NCBI GenBank assembly: GCA_964552395.1
Contig: CAZKGM010000008.1
Span: 24,063-88,062, forward strand
Source: an uncultured Thermoanaerobaculia bacterium
GTDB taxonomy: Bacteria; Acidobacteriota; Thermoanaerobaculia; Thermoanaerobaculales; Sulfomarinibacteraceae
Direction of reading: 5' to 3'
Length of the DNA: 64,000 bases
Of the stretch, positions 37,084-45,538 are shown piece after piece; within the stretch, counting starts at the first letter, position 1, and every line of letters begins with the position of its first letter. A program made the position numbers and the translations under genes. The notes under the pieces are model-generated. The model made no database searches. It had not been told where the DNA came from and saw nothing but the letters and a program-made list of their open reading frames with translations.

Positions 37084-38154
37084 ATGAAGGTCCTTGTGGC
37101 GATGTCCGGAGGGCTCGACTCCTCGGTCGCGGCTCTCGAGATGGTGAAGGCAGGCCACCAGGTGGAGGCGATATTCCTACGGCTGTGGGATCCGCTCGCG
37201 AGCGGGAAGGGCTCACGCTGCTGCTCCATCGAGGACATGGAGGACGCGAGAATCGTGGCCGATGCCCTCGGCATACCGCTTCGCGAGGAGTGCACTTCGC
37301 GGCGGTTCTTCGACCAGGTGTTTCATGCCTCCCTGGAGCGCTACGCCGAGGGGCTGACGCCGAACCCGTGCGTCGTGTGCAATGAGAAGATCAAGTTCGC
37401 CGAGCTGGAGGCGGTGGCGGACGCGGCTGGTGCCGAGGTCCTGGTGACAGGGCACTACGCCCGACTGCGTGGCGGGGAAGGAGGGCCGGTGCAGCTGCTG
37501 CGGGGAGCCGACGCCGCGAAGGACCAGTCCTACTTTCTCCACCGGCTCGGGCAGGATCGCCTGCGGCGGGTGGCGTTTCCCGTCGGCGGCATGACGAAGG
37601 ACGAGGTCCGCCGGAAGGCACGGGAGGCGGGCCTACACGTCGCGGGCAAGACAGAGAGCCAGGAGCTCTGCTTCGTTCCCGAGGGGACCTCGTATGCAGA
37701 TCTGATGGAGGCCTGGCTGCCGGACCGAGTGCGAGCCGGCGAGATCGTGGACAGCGGCGGCCGGCGCCTTGGTTCGCACGGCGGCGTTCACCGTTTTACT
37801 GTGGGCCAGCGCCGCGGCCTCGGTGTTGCCTCGGACCGGCCCCTGTACGTCCTGAAGCTGCAGGCCGATACCGGGACCGTCGTGATCGGCGACCGTGACG
37901 AGCTGATGGCGTTCTCGTTCGAAGCAGACGATGCGCGCTGGGTCTCGGGTCGGCCCCCGGCCGCCAGGTTCACCTGCTCGGTGCAGGTTCGCTCGCGGCA
38001 CCGTGCCGTTCCAGCCCGGGTCGAGGTTCGGGGTGAGGGCGTCCTGATCGTGCCGGTGGAGCCGATGCCGGCGCCTGCGCCGGGGCAAGCTGCCGTCCTT
38101 TACGACGGCGATGAAGTTCTCGGCGGCGGCTGGATCAGTGCCGCTGAGCGATGA
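37084..38154 (+). CDS. mnmA: tRNA-specific 2-thiouridylase MnmA
   Basis: The PP-loop is MKVLVAMSGGLDSSVAA. Also present are CNEKIKF, KDQSYFL and full-length MnmA-like collinearity. The start is taken at ATG 37084; the listed ORF start at 37009 overlaps the terminator. Confidence 0.9.
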   Translation: MKVLVAMSGGLDSSVAALEMVKAGHQVEAIFLRLWDPLASGKGSRCCSIEDMEDARIVADALGIPLREECTSRRFFDQVFHASLERYAEGLTPNPCVVCNEKIKFAELEAVADAAGAEVLVTGHYARLRGGEGGPVQLLRGADAAKDQSYFLHRLGQDRLRRVAFPVGGMTKDEVRRKAREAGLHVAGKTESQELCFVPEGTSYADLMEAWLPDRVRAGEIVDSGGRRLGSHGGVHRFTVGQRRGLGVASDRPLYVLKLQADTGTVVIGDRDELMAFSFEADDARWVSGRPPAARFTCSVQVRSRHRAVPARVEVRGEGVLIVPVEPMPAPAPGQAAVLYDGDEVLGGGWISAAER

Positions 38155-39187
38155 GCCTGCGGTGGAGCCCAGGAGGAAATGACCCGCGCCACGGCAGATC
38201 CGCGGCCTGCGGCCGCACCCCTCGGGGACCGTCAGTCGGTCCTCGAGGCAAGCCTCGGTCCGTCCTGCCGGCCCTGAGGGGCCGCTGCGCTCGGATCTGC
38301 CTCCCGAGTCCTCCAGAGCATCAGGAGGCCCCCCTCCCTTCTGATGGGGGAGGGATCGCGCAGGAGCGCCCTCTCGCCCCCCGCCGCTGCACGAGTTTCG
38401 TCGCCGCGACCACGAGGTCAGCGACTCCTCGCTCGCTGGCAGCGAGGCGCGAGGAGAACGCCCTGCGCGATCCCGCTTGCACGGGTGTGGCGCGATCGCA
38501 TGTCCCGTGCGGGCGTTGCCCGCAGCCCGCTGTGCGGGCCGGCGGGGCGGGAACGGACCGGTGCGTCGGCTCACGGCCGCACCCGTCGCGGTCGCCGGGA
38601 GGAACCGTGCTCGGAGGCTTACCCTCACCAGAGTTCGGGCCAAGTCTCCTGCGCCCGGTCCCCCCGCCGCCCGCGGCGGGACGGCCGCTCGCCTCCTTCC
38701 GTCCCGTCCCCGCCCCGCCGCGGGACCGTTCCTGGGGGAATACCCCGCGCCCGCCAAGCCGGTGATGAAGTGATTGAGTGATTACATGATGAAGTTCCCC
38801 CGCCCACCCGGGAGAAGGCGGACGTAGCGCGCTTCAGAAGACGGTGCGTTCGACGGAATGTGCCATCTATGACATCTCCGCTGGACGCGCTTCACGAGCC
38901 CATCGCGCTCGCGCGGAATGTCATAGGTGGCAATTCGCGGGGAAGGCGATCGGCTGTGTGGCCTCAGGGACCAGGGAGGCGGCTCGAGCGATTCCGAGCG
39001 GTCGCCGTGGAGACGCGGAACCGTTCTGGTGGCCTTGCGACCGCCCGGAATCGTGAGACGGGCGTTCGCCACGCGAACGCACGGCCGCCGGAGCCACAGA
39101 GAAGACCGCTCTCCCACGGCCCTTGGCTTTCGGAGAAGATGCCCCACCACTGACTTCACGACGCTACGGCCGGTCCGCGCCGCCGCG
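38155..39187. other. About 1 kb non-coding, GC-rich, hairpin-dense region between two convergent 3' ends (candidate structured-RNA locus or decayed gene)
   Basis: All six-frame ORFs here translate to R/P/G/A-rich nonsense. A/T positions show no codon phase: I counted 9/10/7 over 38461-38580 and 11/12/14 over 38941-39060, against 3/19/10 in mnmA at 37981-38100. There are many perfect helices, including a nested multi-stem element at 38193-38301 and a 13-bp helix at 38863-38875/38918-38930. Confidence 0.6.
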
Positions 39188-39502
39188 TCAATTCGTCGAT
39201 TTCGTTGGCCCGCCGTCGGGGGATCTTGGTGTGGGCGGCTCCTGGATCGGACCGAACGTCTGCTCGTACATTTGCAGGTTGTGGGTGAGGGCGCGGAGCA
39301 GCTGACGTGCCTGGAACGGAGTCATCATGAGACGTGCGACAACCGGGATGTCCTGGCGGCCGGGAAGCGTGCGGCCGAAGTCGAGCACGACCTCGGAGTA
39401 GTTGTGGGCGATGCTAACGAAGTTCGAGTACTCACCCATGGCGACCTCTGCCGGCACACTCAGCTTGGGTGGTTGCGGCGGGCTGGATGGCTGGTTCGTC
39501 AT
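39188..39502 (-). CDS. DUF3467 family small protein
   Basis: The 104-aa product from ATG 39502 is MTNQPSS...AMGEYSNFVSIAHNYSEVVLDFGRTLPGRQDIPVVARLMMTPFQARQLLRALTHNLQMYEQTFG. This matches the DUF3467 pattern as I remember it. The listed ORF start at 39790 is an upstream extension. Confidence 0.65.
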   Translation of the reverse strand: MTNQPSSPPQPPKLSVPAEVAMGEYSNFVSIAHNYSEVVLDFGRTLPGRQDIPVVARLMMTPFQARQLLRALTHNLQMYEQTFGPIQEPPTPRSPDGGPTKSTN

Positions 39503-39595
39503 GATTCCCTCCGGCGCCATTGTAGCCCTCACGACCCGAGCGGTGCTGCACGGTCTCCAGTGTGGGACAATGCTGCGCGAGCAGGAGGTTGCGCC

Positions 39596-40474
39596 ATGAA
39601 TAGGCTCGTAGCTGCGTCCCTGGTTGTGGCGGTGGTGGCGACCGTGGCGGTGGCGCAAGAGGCGGCCGATCCGTACGCCGCAGTCGACGCCGCCTGGCAG
39701 CAGAGAAGCGTGGGACAGAAGGACGGGTGGGCCGATCCAGCGGTTGCCAAGCGGGTCGGCGGCACGGCGGGGGAGGCGCTGAAGGCGCACCCGGGGGATC
39801 TCGGCGCGGCGTGGCGGGCGCTGCGGGCCGCCTACTACCTGGGGGAGGTGTCAGCGACAACCCAGGACGAGAAGCAGGCTGCCTTCGCCCGTGTCAAGCC
39901 GCTGTACGACAGATTCTGGCCGGTGCTCGTCCATCACGTTGAGGCGGCCTCCAACACCCGCTTCAAGCGTCTCGACGAAAGCCAGCGCGCTCGGGCTCTT
40001 GCCGACATGCCGGGCGCCAAGGAGTTCGTCTTCTGGTCGGCCGCGTGCTGGGGGAAGTGGGGGCTGGCCTACGGCAAGATGAAGGCGGCTCGGCAGGGAG
40101 TGGCGCACAAGGTGCGGGATCTTGCTGAGATTGTCGTCGCGATGGACGAGGGGTTCGAGTTCGCCGGCGGTCGCCGCATCCTCGGCCGTCTGCACGAGGT
40201 GTCGCCGCGGATCCCCTTCATTACCGGTTTCATCAAGCGCTCGTTGGCGCTCGAGAACCTGCGCCGGGCGGTCGAGATCGCTCCGCAGTACGGGCAGAAC
40301 CAGCTCTTCCTGGCGGAGGCGGAGCACGATCTTGGCACCACGGCCGAGCGCGAGGGGGCGCCGCGGCGGCTCCAGCAGCTGCTCGAAAGCGCGCCGCTGG
40401 CCGGCTACGAGATCGAGGAGGCATTGACTCGTCGCGAGGCGCGCGAGCTGCTCGCCTCGTGGGAAGGCAAGTGA
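39596..40474 (+). CDS. Secreted all-helical TPR-like protein (possibly TatT-family)
   Basis: The ATG at 39596 gives the signal peptide MNRLVAASLVVAVVATVAVAQ. The helical repeat composition and GGRRILGRLHEVSPRIPFITGFIKRSLALENLRRAVEIAP are reminiscent of TatT-like proteins. The family call is tentative. Confidence 0.45.
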   Translation: MNRLVAASLVVAVVATVAVAQEAADPYAAVDAAWQQRSVGQKDGWADPAVAKRVGGTAGEALKAHPGDLGAAWRALRAAYYLGEVSATTQDEKQAAFARVKPLYDRFWPVLVHHVEAASNTRFKRLDESQRARALADMPGAKEFVFWSAACWGKWGLAYGKMKAARQGVAHKVRDLAEIVVAMDEGFEFAGGRRILGRLHEVSPRIPFITGFIKRSLALENLRRAVEIAPQYGQNQLFLAEAEHDLGTTAEREGAPRRLQQLLESAPLAGYEIEEALTRREARELLASWEGK

Positions 40475-40549
40475 GCTCATCCCGGTTGCACACTGACGGC
40501 GTGCGAGGTCCGTCCGTGGATTCTGCGGGCCGGAAGGGGTGAGACCGGT

Positions 40550-41473
40550 ATGAACACACCGGAGCTGCAGCAGCAGACACTGGAGCTGATCGAGCGGGTC
40601 GTGGGTCGGGTGGAGCAGCGGGCGACGCCCCTGTTCCACTCCTCGTCGGACGCGCTGCCTCAAAAGAGCGAGGTCATCTCGATCCTCCGCCACTGTCAGG
40701 AGATTCTCTTTCCCGGGTACTTCGGGGCGCAGGAGCTGTACAAGGGCAACCTGCGGTATCACCTCGGCGACCAGCTCTACATCCTCGCCCGGCGCCTCCG
40801 GCGCGAGGTCACGAAGGCGTTCGTGATGCCCGGGGACGCGACGATGACGATCGACGATGCCCGGAGCAGTGCGAGCGAGGTGGTGTTCAAGTTTCTCGCC
40901 GGGCTGCCCGAGATCATGGAGCTCGTGGGAGGCGATGTGCAAGCGGCGTACGATGGCGATCCCGCAGCCACACGGTTCGAAGAGATCATCATGGCCTACC
41001 CGGGCGTCAAGGCGGTCTACACCTACCGCTTGGCCCATCTCCTCTGTCAGCTCGGGGTTCCGCTGATCCCGCGCATCATGACCGAGTTCGCGCACAACGA
41101 AACCGGCGTCGACATCCACCCGGGCGCGCGTATCGGCCGCGACTTCTTTCTCGATCACGGGACCGGGGTCGTCGTCGGCGAGACCACCCTGATCGGAGAT
41201 CGAGTGAAGCTGTATCAGGGGGTGACTCTCGGCGCCCTGTCGTTCCCGAAGGACGAGCGCGGTCGCCTCGTCCGTGGCGCCAAGCGACATCCGACCCTCG
41301 AGGACGACGTGGTGGTCTACGCACAGGCGACCATTCTGGGTGGCGACACCGTCATCGGTCGCGGTTCGGTGATCGGCGGCAACGTGTGGCTCACCTCGTC
41401 CGTACCCCCACGCACCAAGGTGGTCCTGTCGTCATCGCAGCTCGCCTATGAGGTGAAAACTACGGCCTCGTAG
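40550..41473 (+). CDS. cysE: Serine O-acetyltransferase (long EpsC/CysE type)
   Basis: The left-handed beta-helix hexapeptide region is DIHPGARIGRDFFLDHGTGVVVGETTLIGDRVKLYQGVTLG...HPTLEDDVVVYAQATILGG. The N-terminal helical domain is typical of the ~310-aa form. Confidence 0.8.
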   Translation: MNTPELQQQTLELIERVVGRVEQRATPLFHSSSDALPQKSEVISILRHCQEILFPGYFGAQELYKGNLRYHLGDQLYILARRLRREVTKAFVMPGDATMTIDDARSSASEVVFKFLAGLPEIMELVGGDVQAAYDGDPAATRFEEIIMAYPGVKAVYTYRLAHLLCQLGVPLIPRIMTEFAHNETGVDIHPGARIGRDFFLDHGTGVVVGETTLIGDRVKLYQGVTLGALSFPKDERGRLVRGAKRHPTLEDDVVVYAQATILGGDTVIGRGSVIGGNVWLTSSVPPRTKVVLSSSQLAYEVKTTAS

Positions 41474-41746
41474 GGCAGACGGCGCTTGCGCAGGCAAACT
41501 CGGCCGCTCGTCGCGGTGGGCATCCGCCCGCGGCCCTGCGCACGGGCTGAACCCGAACTGAACGGGAGACCTCCTGGGGGGACCCCGCGCTTCCTCTGGC
41601 TCTCTTCTGAATGGCGTGATTCCGGGATGCGGGCAGCGCATCCAGAGGGGCCCGTGCCGCAGAGCCCGTCGGGAGCTCCGAACAGCTCCGCCTCGCTTCT
41701 CGGAGACGGGCTCTGCAGCGCGGGCTCCTGTGGTAGATTACCGGCC

Positions 41747-42481
41747 GTGCGACGCTACCGGATCTCCGTGCCCGCAGGACTGCTCGTGGCCGGCTGCTGC
41801 CTCGCGCCGGTGGTGCTTGCCGGCGGCCGCACTCCGACGCCGACACCGCCGATCGAGCAGCTGAGCGGCGGCGAGAAGGTCCATACCCTGATCGACCGCG
41901 TGGTGGCAGTGCAGCGTTCCCTGACCTCTCTGCGCGCCCGCTTCCGGCAGACCAAACGCCTGCAGGCGCTCAAAGAACCGGCGGTGTCGACGGGCACCCT
42001 GCGATTCCTGGCTCCGGACCGGGTTCGCTGGGACTACGACGCCCCCGAGCCGATGATTGTGCTGTTCGCCGACGGCGTGCTCACGACCTATGAGGTGTCT
42101 CGCGCTCACGCCGATCGCATCCACGTGCCGGCGCGCCAGCGACGGTTCCTGCGGGTGCTTACCGGGACCGAGCCTCTCGACCAGTTGATGAACCACTTCA
42201 GGGTGACGTTGCGTGACCCCGGCGGCAACGGCCCGTTCACCCTGCTGCTGGAGCCAACTCACCGGATGACGCGCCGTAAGGTGCGGAAGGTCGAGCTCGA
42301 GATCGACCGCAAGATCCTGCTCCCCATCAGCGTCGAGTACGTGGGCGCGAACGGCGATAGCACTCGGTACGAGTTTTCCGATATCGAGATCGACCCCAAG
42401 CTGAGCGCCAAGGTGTTCTCGCTGGAAATGGGCAAGGGCGTTCAGATGCGGACCCTCGACACGGCGCCGAAAGCTCCATGA
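41747..42481 (+). CDS. lolA: LolA-like outer-membrane lipoprotein carrier family protein
   Basis: LRARFRQTKRLQALKEPAVSTGTLRFLAPDRVRWDYDAPEPMIVLFADGVLTTYE matches the LolA fold signature. The GTG at 41747 gives the signal sequence (M)RRYRISVPAGLLVAGC, a possible lipobox. Alternative in-frame starts are at 41627 and 41486. Confidence 0.65.
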   Translation: MRRYRISVPAGLLVAGCCLAPVVLAGGRTPTPTPPIEQLSGGEKVHTLIDRVVAVQRSLTSLRARFRQTKRLQALKEPAVSTGTLRFLAPDRVRWDYDAPEPMIVLFADGVLTTYEVSRAHADRIHVPARQRRFLRVLTGTEPLDQLMNHFRVTLRDPGGNGPFTLLLEPTHRMTRRKVRKVELEIDRKILLPISVEYVGANGDSTRYEFSDIEIDPKLSAKVFSLEMGKGVQMRTLDTAPKAP

Positions 42482-43650
42482 CGCTGCCATTCGCAGTCGT
42501 TCACCGGGACACGGCCACGGCCGCCCGGGCCGCGGAGCTCGCGACGCCGCACGGCGTGGTGCGGACACCCGCGTTTATGCCGGTGGGGACCGGCGGAACC
42601 GTCAAAGGGGTCGCGTCCTGGGAGCTTGAGAAGCTGGCGCCGGAGATGGTGCTGGCCAACACCTATCACCTCCTTCTCCGCCCCGGCGTCGAACGCCTGG
42701 TACGGCTCGGAGGTCTCCACCGTCTGCTGGCCTGGGACGGGCCGGTTCTCACCGACTCGGGCGGCTACCAGGTGTTTTCCCTGGCGGCGCGGCGCCGAGT
42801 CGATGATGACGGGGTGACGTTCCAGTCGCACATCGACGGTAGCTGTCAGCGTCTGACGCCGGAGTCTGTGGTCGACGTGCAGTCGCGATTCGGGGTCGAT
42901 GTGGCGATGGTACTGGACGAGTGCCTGCCGTACCCGGCGGAGCGTGAGCTGTGCCGGATATCGATGCGGCGGTCGCTGCGGTGGGCCGAACGAGGCCTGG
43001 AACGGGCGAACAGTTTGCGATCCGCGACGCCCGGCTGGCGGGGCGGTCTGTTTGCCATCCAGCAGGGAGCGCTCGACCGCGGGCTCAGGGCCGAGTGCAG
43101 CGAGCGGCTGTGCGAGAGCCCGTTTGACGGCTTCGCGGTCGGCGGCCTCGCTGTCGGCGAGCCGCGCCAACGGCTTTACGAGTCGGTCGCCGAGTTCGCG
43201 CCGATGCTACCCGGTGGCCGTCCTCGCTACCTGATGGGCGTGGGCTATCCCGAAGACCTGCTGCATGCGGTAGCCTGTGGAGTCGACCTCTTCGACTGCG
43301 TCCTACCGACGCGGTCTGCCAGGACCGGCAAGGTGTTCACCTCCCGCGGCGAGCTGGTCATCAAGAACGCCGGGTTTTCTGACGATACGGAGCCCCTCGA
43401 TCCGGCCTGCAGCTGTCCGACCTGCACGTCCTACTCCCGCGGCGCCCTCCGTCATCTCTTCGTGTCGCGCGAGGCCACCTCCGTGGTCCTGCTCACGGTT
43501 CACAACCTGACCTACTTCTTGAACTTGATGCGGAGCGCTCGGGAAGCTATCATGGCGGGCCGCTACACCGAGTTCCGGGCGCTTGTGGAGGGTGCCCGGG
43601 CGGAAGGTGGAGGGATCCCGGCCGCCGCCGGGGAAGGAGACCCGACATGA
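42478..43650 (+). CDS. tgt: Queuine tRNA-ribosyltransferase (tRNA-guanine transglycosylase)
   Basis: Motifs are RTPAFMPVGTGGTVKGV, LTDSGGYQVFSL, VLDEC and the zinc site CSCPTCTSYSRGALRHL. The ATG overlaps the lolA-like stop. Confidence 0.95.
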   Translation: MTLPFAVVHRDTATAARAAELATPHGVVRTPAFMPVGTGGTVKGVASWELEKLAPEMVLANTYHLLLRPGVERLVRLGGLHRLLAWDGPVLTDSGGYQVFSLAARRRVDDDGVTFQSHIDGSCQRLTPESVVDVQSRFGVDVAMVLDECLPYPAERELCRISMRRSLRWAERGLERANSLRSATPGWRGGLFAIQQGALDRGLRAECSERLCESPFDGFAVGGLAVGEPRQRLYESVAEFAPMLPGGRPRYLMGVGYPEDLLHAVACGVDLFDCVLPTRSARTGKVFTSRGELVIKNAGFSDDTEPLDPACSCPTCTSYSRGALRHLFVSREATSVVLLTVHNLTYFLNLMRSAREAIMAGRYTEFRALVEGARAEGGGIPAAAGEGDPT

Positions 43651-43943
43651 CACAGGCCGCCCAGGGCGCAAGCCCTCTGATGACGTTCCTGCCGATCATT
43701 GCCATCTTCGCGGTGTTCTACTTCCTTCTCATCCTGCCTGCGCGCAAGCAGCAGAAGAAGAAGGAAGCGATGATCGCCGCGCTCAAGAAGGGCGACCGGG
43801 TGATCACATCCGGCGGAGTCCACGGGACGATCGCGGGCGTGGAGGACCAGACGTTGCTGCTCAAGATCGCGGAGAACGTGAAGATCCGCGTTTCCAAGTC
43901 CGCCGTCGCCGGTAAGGCCGGCACGGGCGAAACATCCGAGTGA
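43647..43943 (+). CDS. yajC: Preprotein translocase subunit YajC
   Basis: 98 aa with a single transmembrane helix (FLPIIAIFAVFYFLLILP). This is followed by KGDRVITSGGVHGTIAGVEDQTLLLKI. The ATGA overlaps the tgt stop. Confidence 0.9.
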   Translation: MTQAAQGASPLMTFLPIIAIFAVFYFLLILPARKQQKKKEAMIAALKKGDRVITSGGVHGTIAGVEDQTLLLKIAENVKIRVSKSAVAGKAGTGETSE

Positions 43944-43959
43944 CTGTTCGGAGGAGCGA

Positions 43960-45525
43960 GTGGACAAGAAGCTGCTGTGGCGCATTGGACTGATCATCGC
44001 GGTCATCGCGATCTCGCTGGCATCGCTGTACCCGCCGAGCAAGAGGATCCACCTCGGGCTCGACCTGCGGGGAGGCATCCACCTGGTGCTGCGAGTCAAC
44101 ACGGCCGACGCGGTCAAGGCGGAGCTGGACGACGCCTCGCAGCGTCTGGTGAGCCAGGCCAAGCAGAAGGGGGTCGAGCTCGGCGACGTTCAGGTGGAGC
44201 CGAACGACCTGCTCTTCAAGGTCGAAGTTCCCTCGGGCACCGATGGGGGGACTCTGCGCGAGGTGGTCTCCTCGTACCTTCCGGAGTACAAGATGTCGCC
44301 GGGGGCGCAGGCGTGGACCTTCACGTTGCCTGCGAACGTGGCCCGCAATGTCCGCGACCTGGCGGTCAAGCAGGCCTTGGAGACGATCCGCAACCGCGTT
44401 GATCAGTTCGGCGTCTCGGAGCCGGTGATCCAGCGGCAGGGGATCGAAGGCCAGCGGATCCTGGTGCAGCTGCCGGGCGTGGATGACCCGGGGCGCGTCA
44501 AGGAGCTGATCTCCAACACCGCGTTCCTGGAGCTCAAGGAGGTCCTGGCCGGGCCGGCACAGGATCGTCAATCCCTGCTCGCCAAGTACAACGGCACACC
44601 GCCGGCGGACGGCGAGGTCCTGCTCGGCGACCGCAAGGATCTGGACGGCCGCACGGTGGGCAAGGAGTACTACCTGGTTCGCAAGGCAGCCATTGTGTCC
44701 GGCCGCGAGCTGCGCTCGGCGCGCCGAAGCCAGGACCAGTACGGGCAGCCGGCGGTCAGCTTCTCGCTGATTCCAGCAGCCGCATCGAAGTTCGGCACCT
44801 ACACCGGCTCGCACATCGGGACCAACATGGCGATCGTCCTCGACGGCAAGGTGATGTCGGCGCCTGTTATCCACGGCCGCATCACCGACTCGGGCATCAT
44901 CGAGGGCAGCTTCACCGTGCAGCAGGCCGAGGATCTCGCGCTGGTGCTGCGGGCCGGCGCGCTCCCCGCTTCCATCACCTACCTGGAGGAGCGGACCGTT
45001 GGTCCCTCGCTCGGCCACGACTCGGTGGTACGCGGGATCCGCGCCGCAATCGCCGGCCTGATTGCGGTGATGCTCTTCATGCTGGTCTACTACAAGTGGT
45101 CGGGGCTCAACGCCAACGTGGCGCTGCTGCTCAACCTGATCATCCTGATGGGCGCCATGGCATACTTTGGCGCGACGCTGACTCTGCCGGGGATCGCCGG
45201 CGTGATCCTCACGATCGGCATGGCCGTCGACGCCAACGTCCTCATTTTCGAGCGCGTCCGCGAGGAGATGGACGTCGGCAAGACCGTGCGGTCCGCCATC
45301 GATGCCGGCTTCGGACGAGCCTTCGGCACCATCCTCGACGCCAACTTGACAACGCTGATTGCCGCTCTCTTCCTCTTCCAGTTCGGTACCGGGCCGGTCA
45401 AGGGGTTCGCGGTGACGCTGAGCATCGGCATCGTCGCCAGCATGTTCACGGCCGTGTTCGTGTCCCGCACGCTGTACATGATCGTCCTCGCCGGCAAAGA
45501 CCGGGTCGAGTCGTTGAGCATCTGA
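43960..45525 (+). CDS. secD: Protein translocase subunit SecD
   Basis: GTG start. Motifs are LGLDLRGGIHLVL, the periplasmic P1 domain, VGPSLG and an RND-like C-terminal 5-TM block. Position is yajC-secD-secF. Confidence 0.95.
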   Translation: MDKKLLWRIGLIIAVIAISLASLYPPSKRIHLGLDLRGGIHLVLRVNTADAVKAELDDASQRLVSQAKQKGVELGDVQVEPNDLLFKVEVPSGTDGGTLREVVSSYLPEYKMSPGAQAWTFTLPANVARNVRDLAVKQALETIRNRVDQFGVSEPVIQRQGIEGQRILVQLPGVDDPGRVKELISNTAFLELKEVLAGPAQDRQSLLAKYNGTPPADGEVLLGDRKDLDGRTVGKEYYLVRKAAIVSGRELRSARRSQDQYGQPAVSFSLIPAAASKFGTYTGSHIGTNMAIVLDGKVMSAPVIHGRITDSGIIEGSFTVQQAEDLALVLRAGALPASITYLEERTVGPSLGHDSVVRGIRAAIAGLIAVMLFMLVYYKWSGLNANVALLLNLIILMGAMAYFGATLTLPGIAGVILTIGMAVDANVLIFERVREEMDVGKTVRSAIDAGFGRAFGTILDANLTTLIAALFLFQFGTGPVKGFAVTLSIGIVASMFTAVFVSRTLYMIVLAGKDRVESLSI

Positions 45526-45538
45526 GCCCGGGGGAACC

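Noticed and set aside
38760-38800. A/T-richer spacer GTGATGAAGTGATTGAGTGATTACATGATGAAGTT with duplicated GATGAAGT and GTGATT, considered as a promoter or as a direct-repeat insertion scar.
   Set aside because: No -35/-10 pair with acceptable spacing was found on either strand. The repeats are only 6-8 nt, so chance cannot be excluded. It is kept only as a landmark inside the non-coding-region finding.
38590-39140. Partial resemblances to housekeeping RNAs. GGGAGGAACCGUGCUCGG (about 38596) resembles RNase P CR-I GGGAGGAAAGUCCGGGCU. ACAGAGAAGACCGC lies at about 39097. UUCGACGG at about 38850 and CCCCACCA at about 39145 resemble tmRNA ends. GCAAGCGGGAUC on the minus strand is identical to part of the E. 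coli RNase P P12 hairpin as I recall it.
   Set aside because: The exact GGAAAGUCC and ACAGAACCCGGCUUA cores are absent on both strands, and the look-alike blocks are in the wrong order for RNase P. No GGGG 5' end, T-arm (GGUUCGAnUCC) or tag ORF is present for tmRNA. No GGAAGGAAGCAGCC is present for SRP RNA.
37633-39159. ORFs 37633..38757(-) of 374 aa, 38151..38765(+) of 204 aa, 38344..38781(+), 38782..39159(-) and the 5' part of 38927..40474(+), considered as possible genes filling the 1-kb gap.
   Set aside because: Their translations are R/P/G/A-rich strings without hydrophobic cores. A/T positions show no three-base phase (9/10/7 and 11/12/14), unlike the neighbouring mnmA gene (3/19/10). 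The 374-aa ORF is mostly antisense to mnmA.
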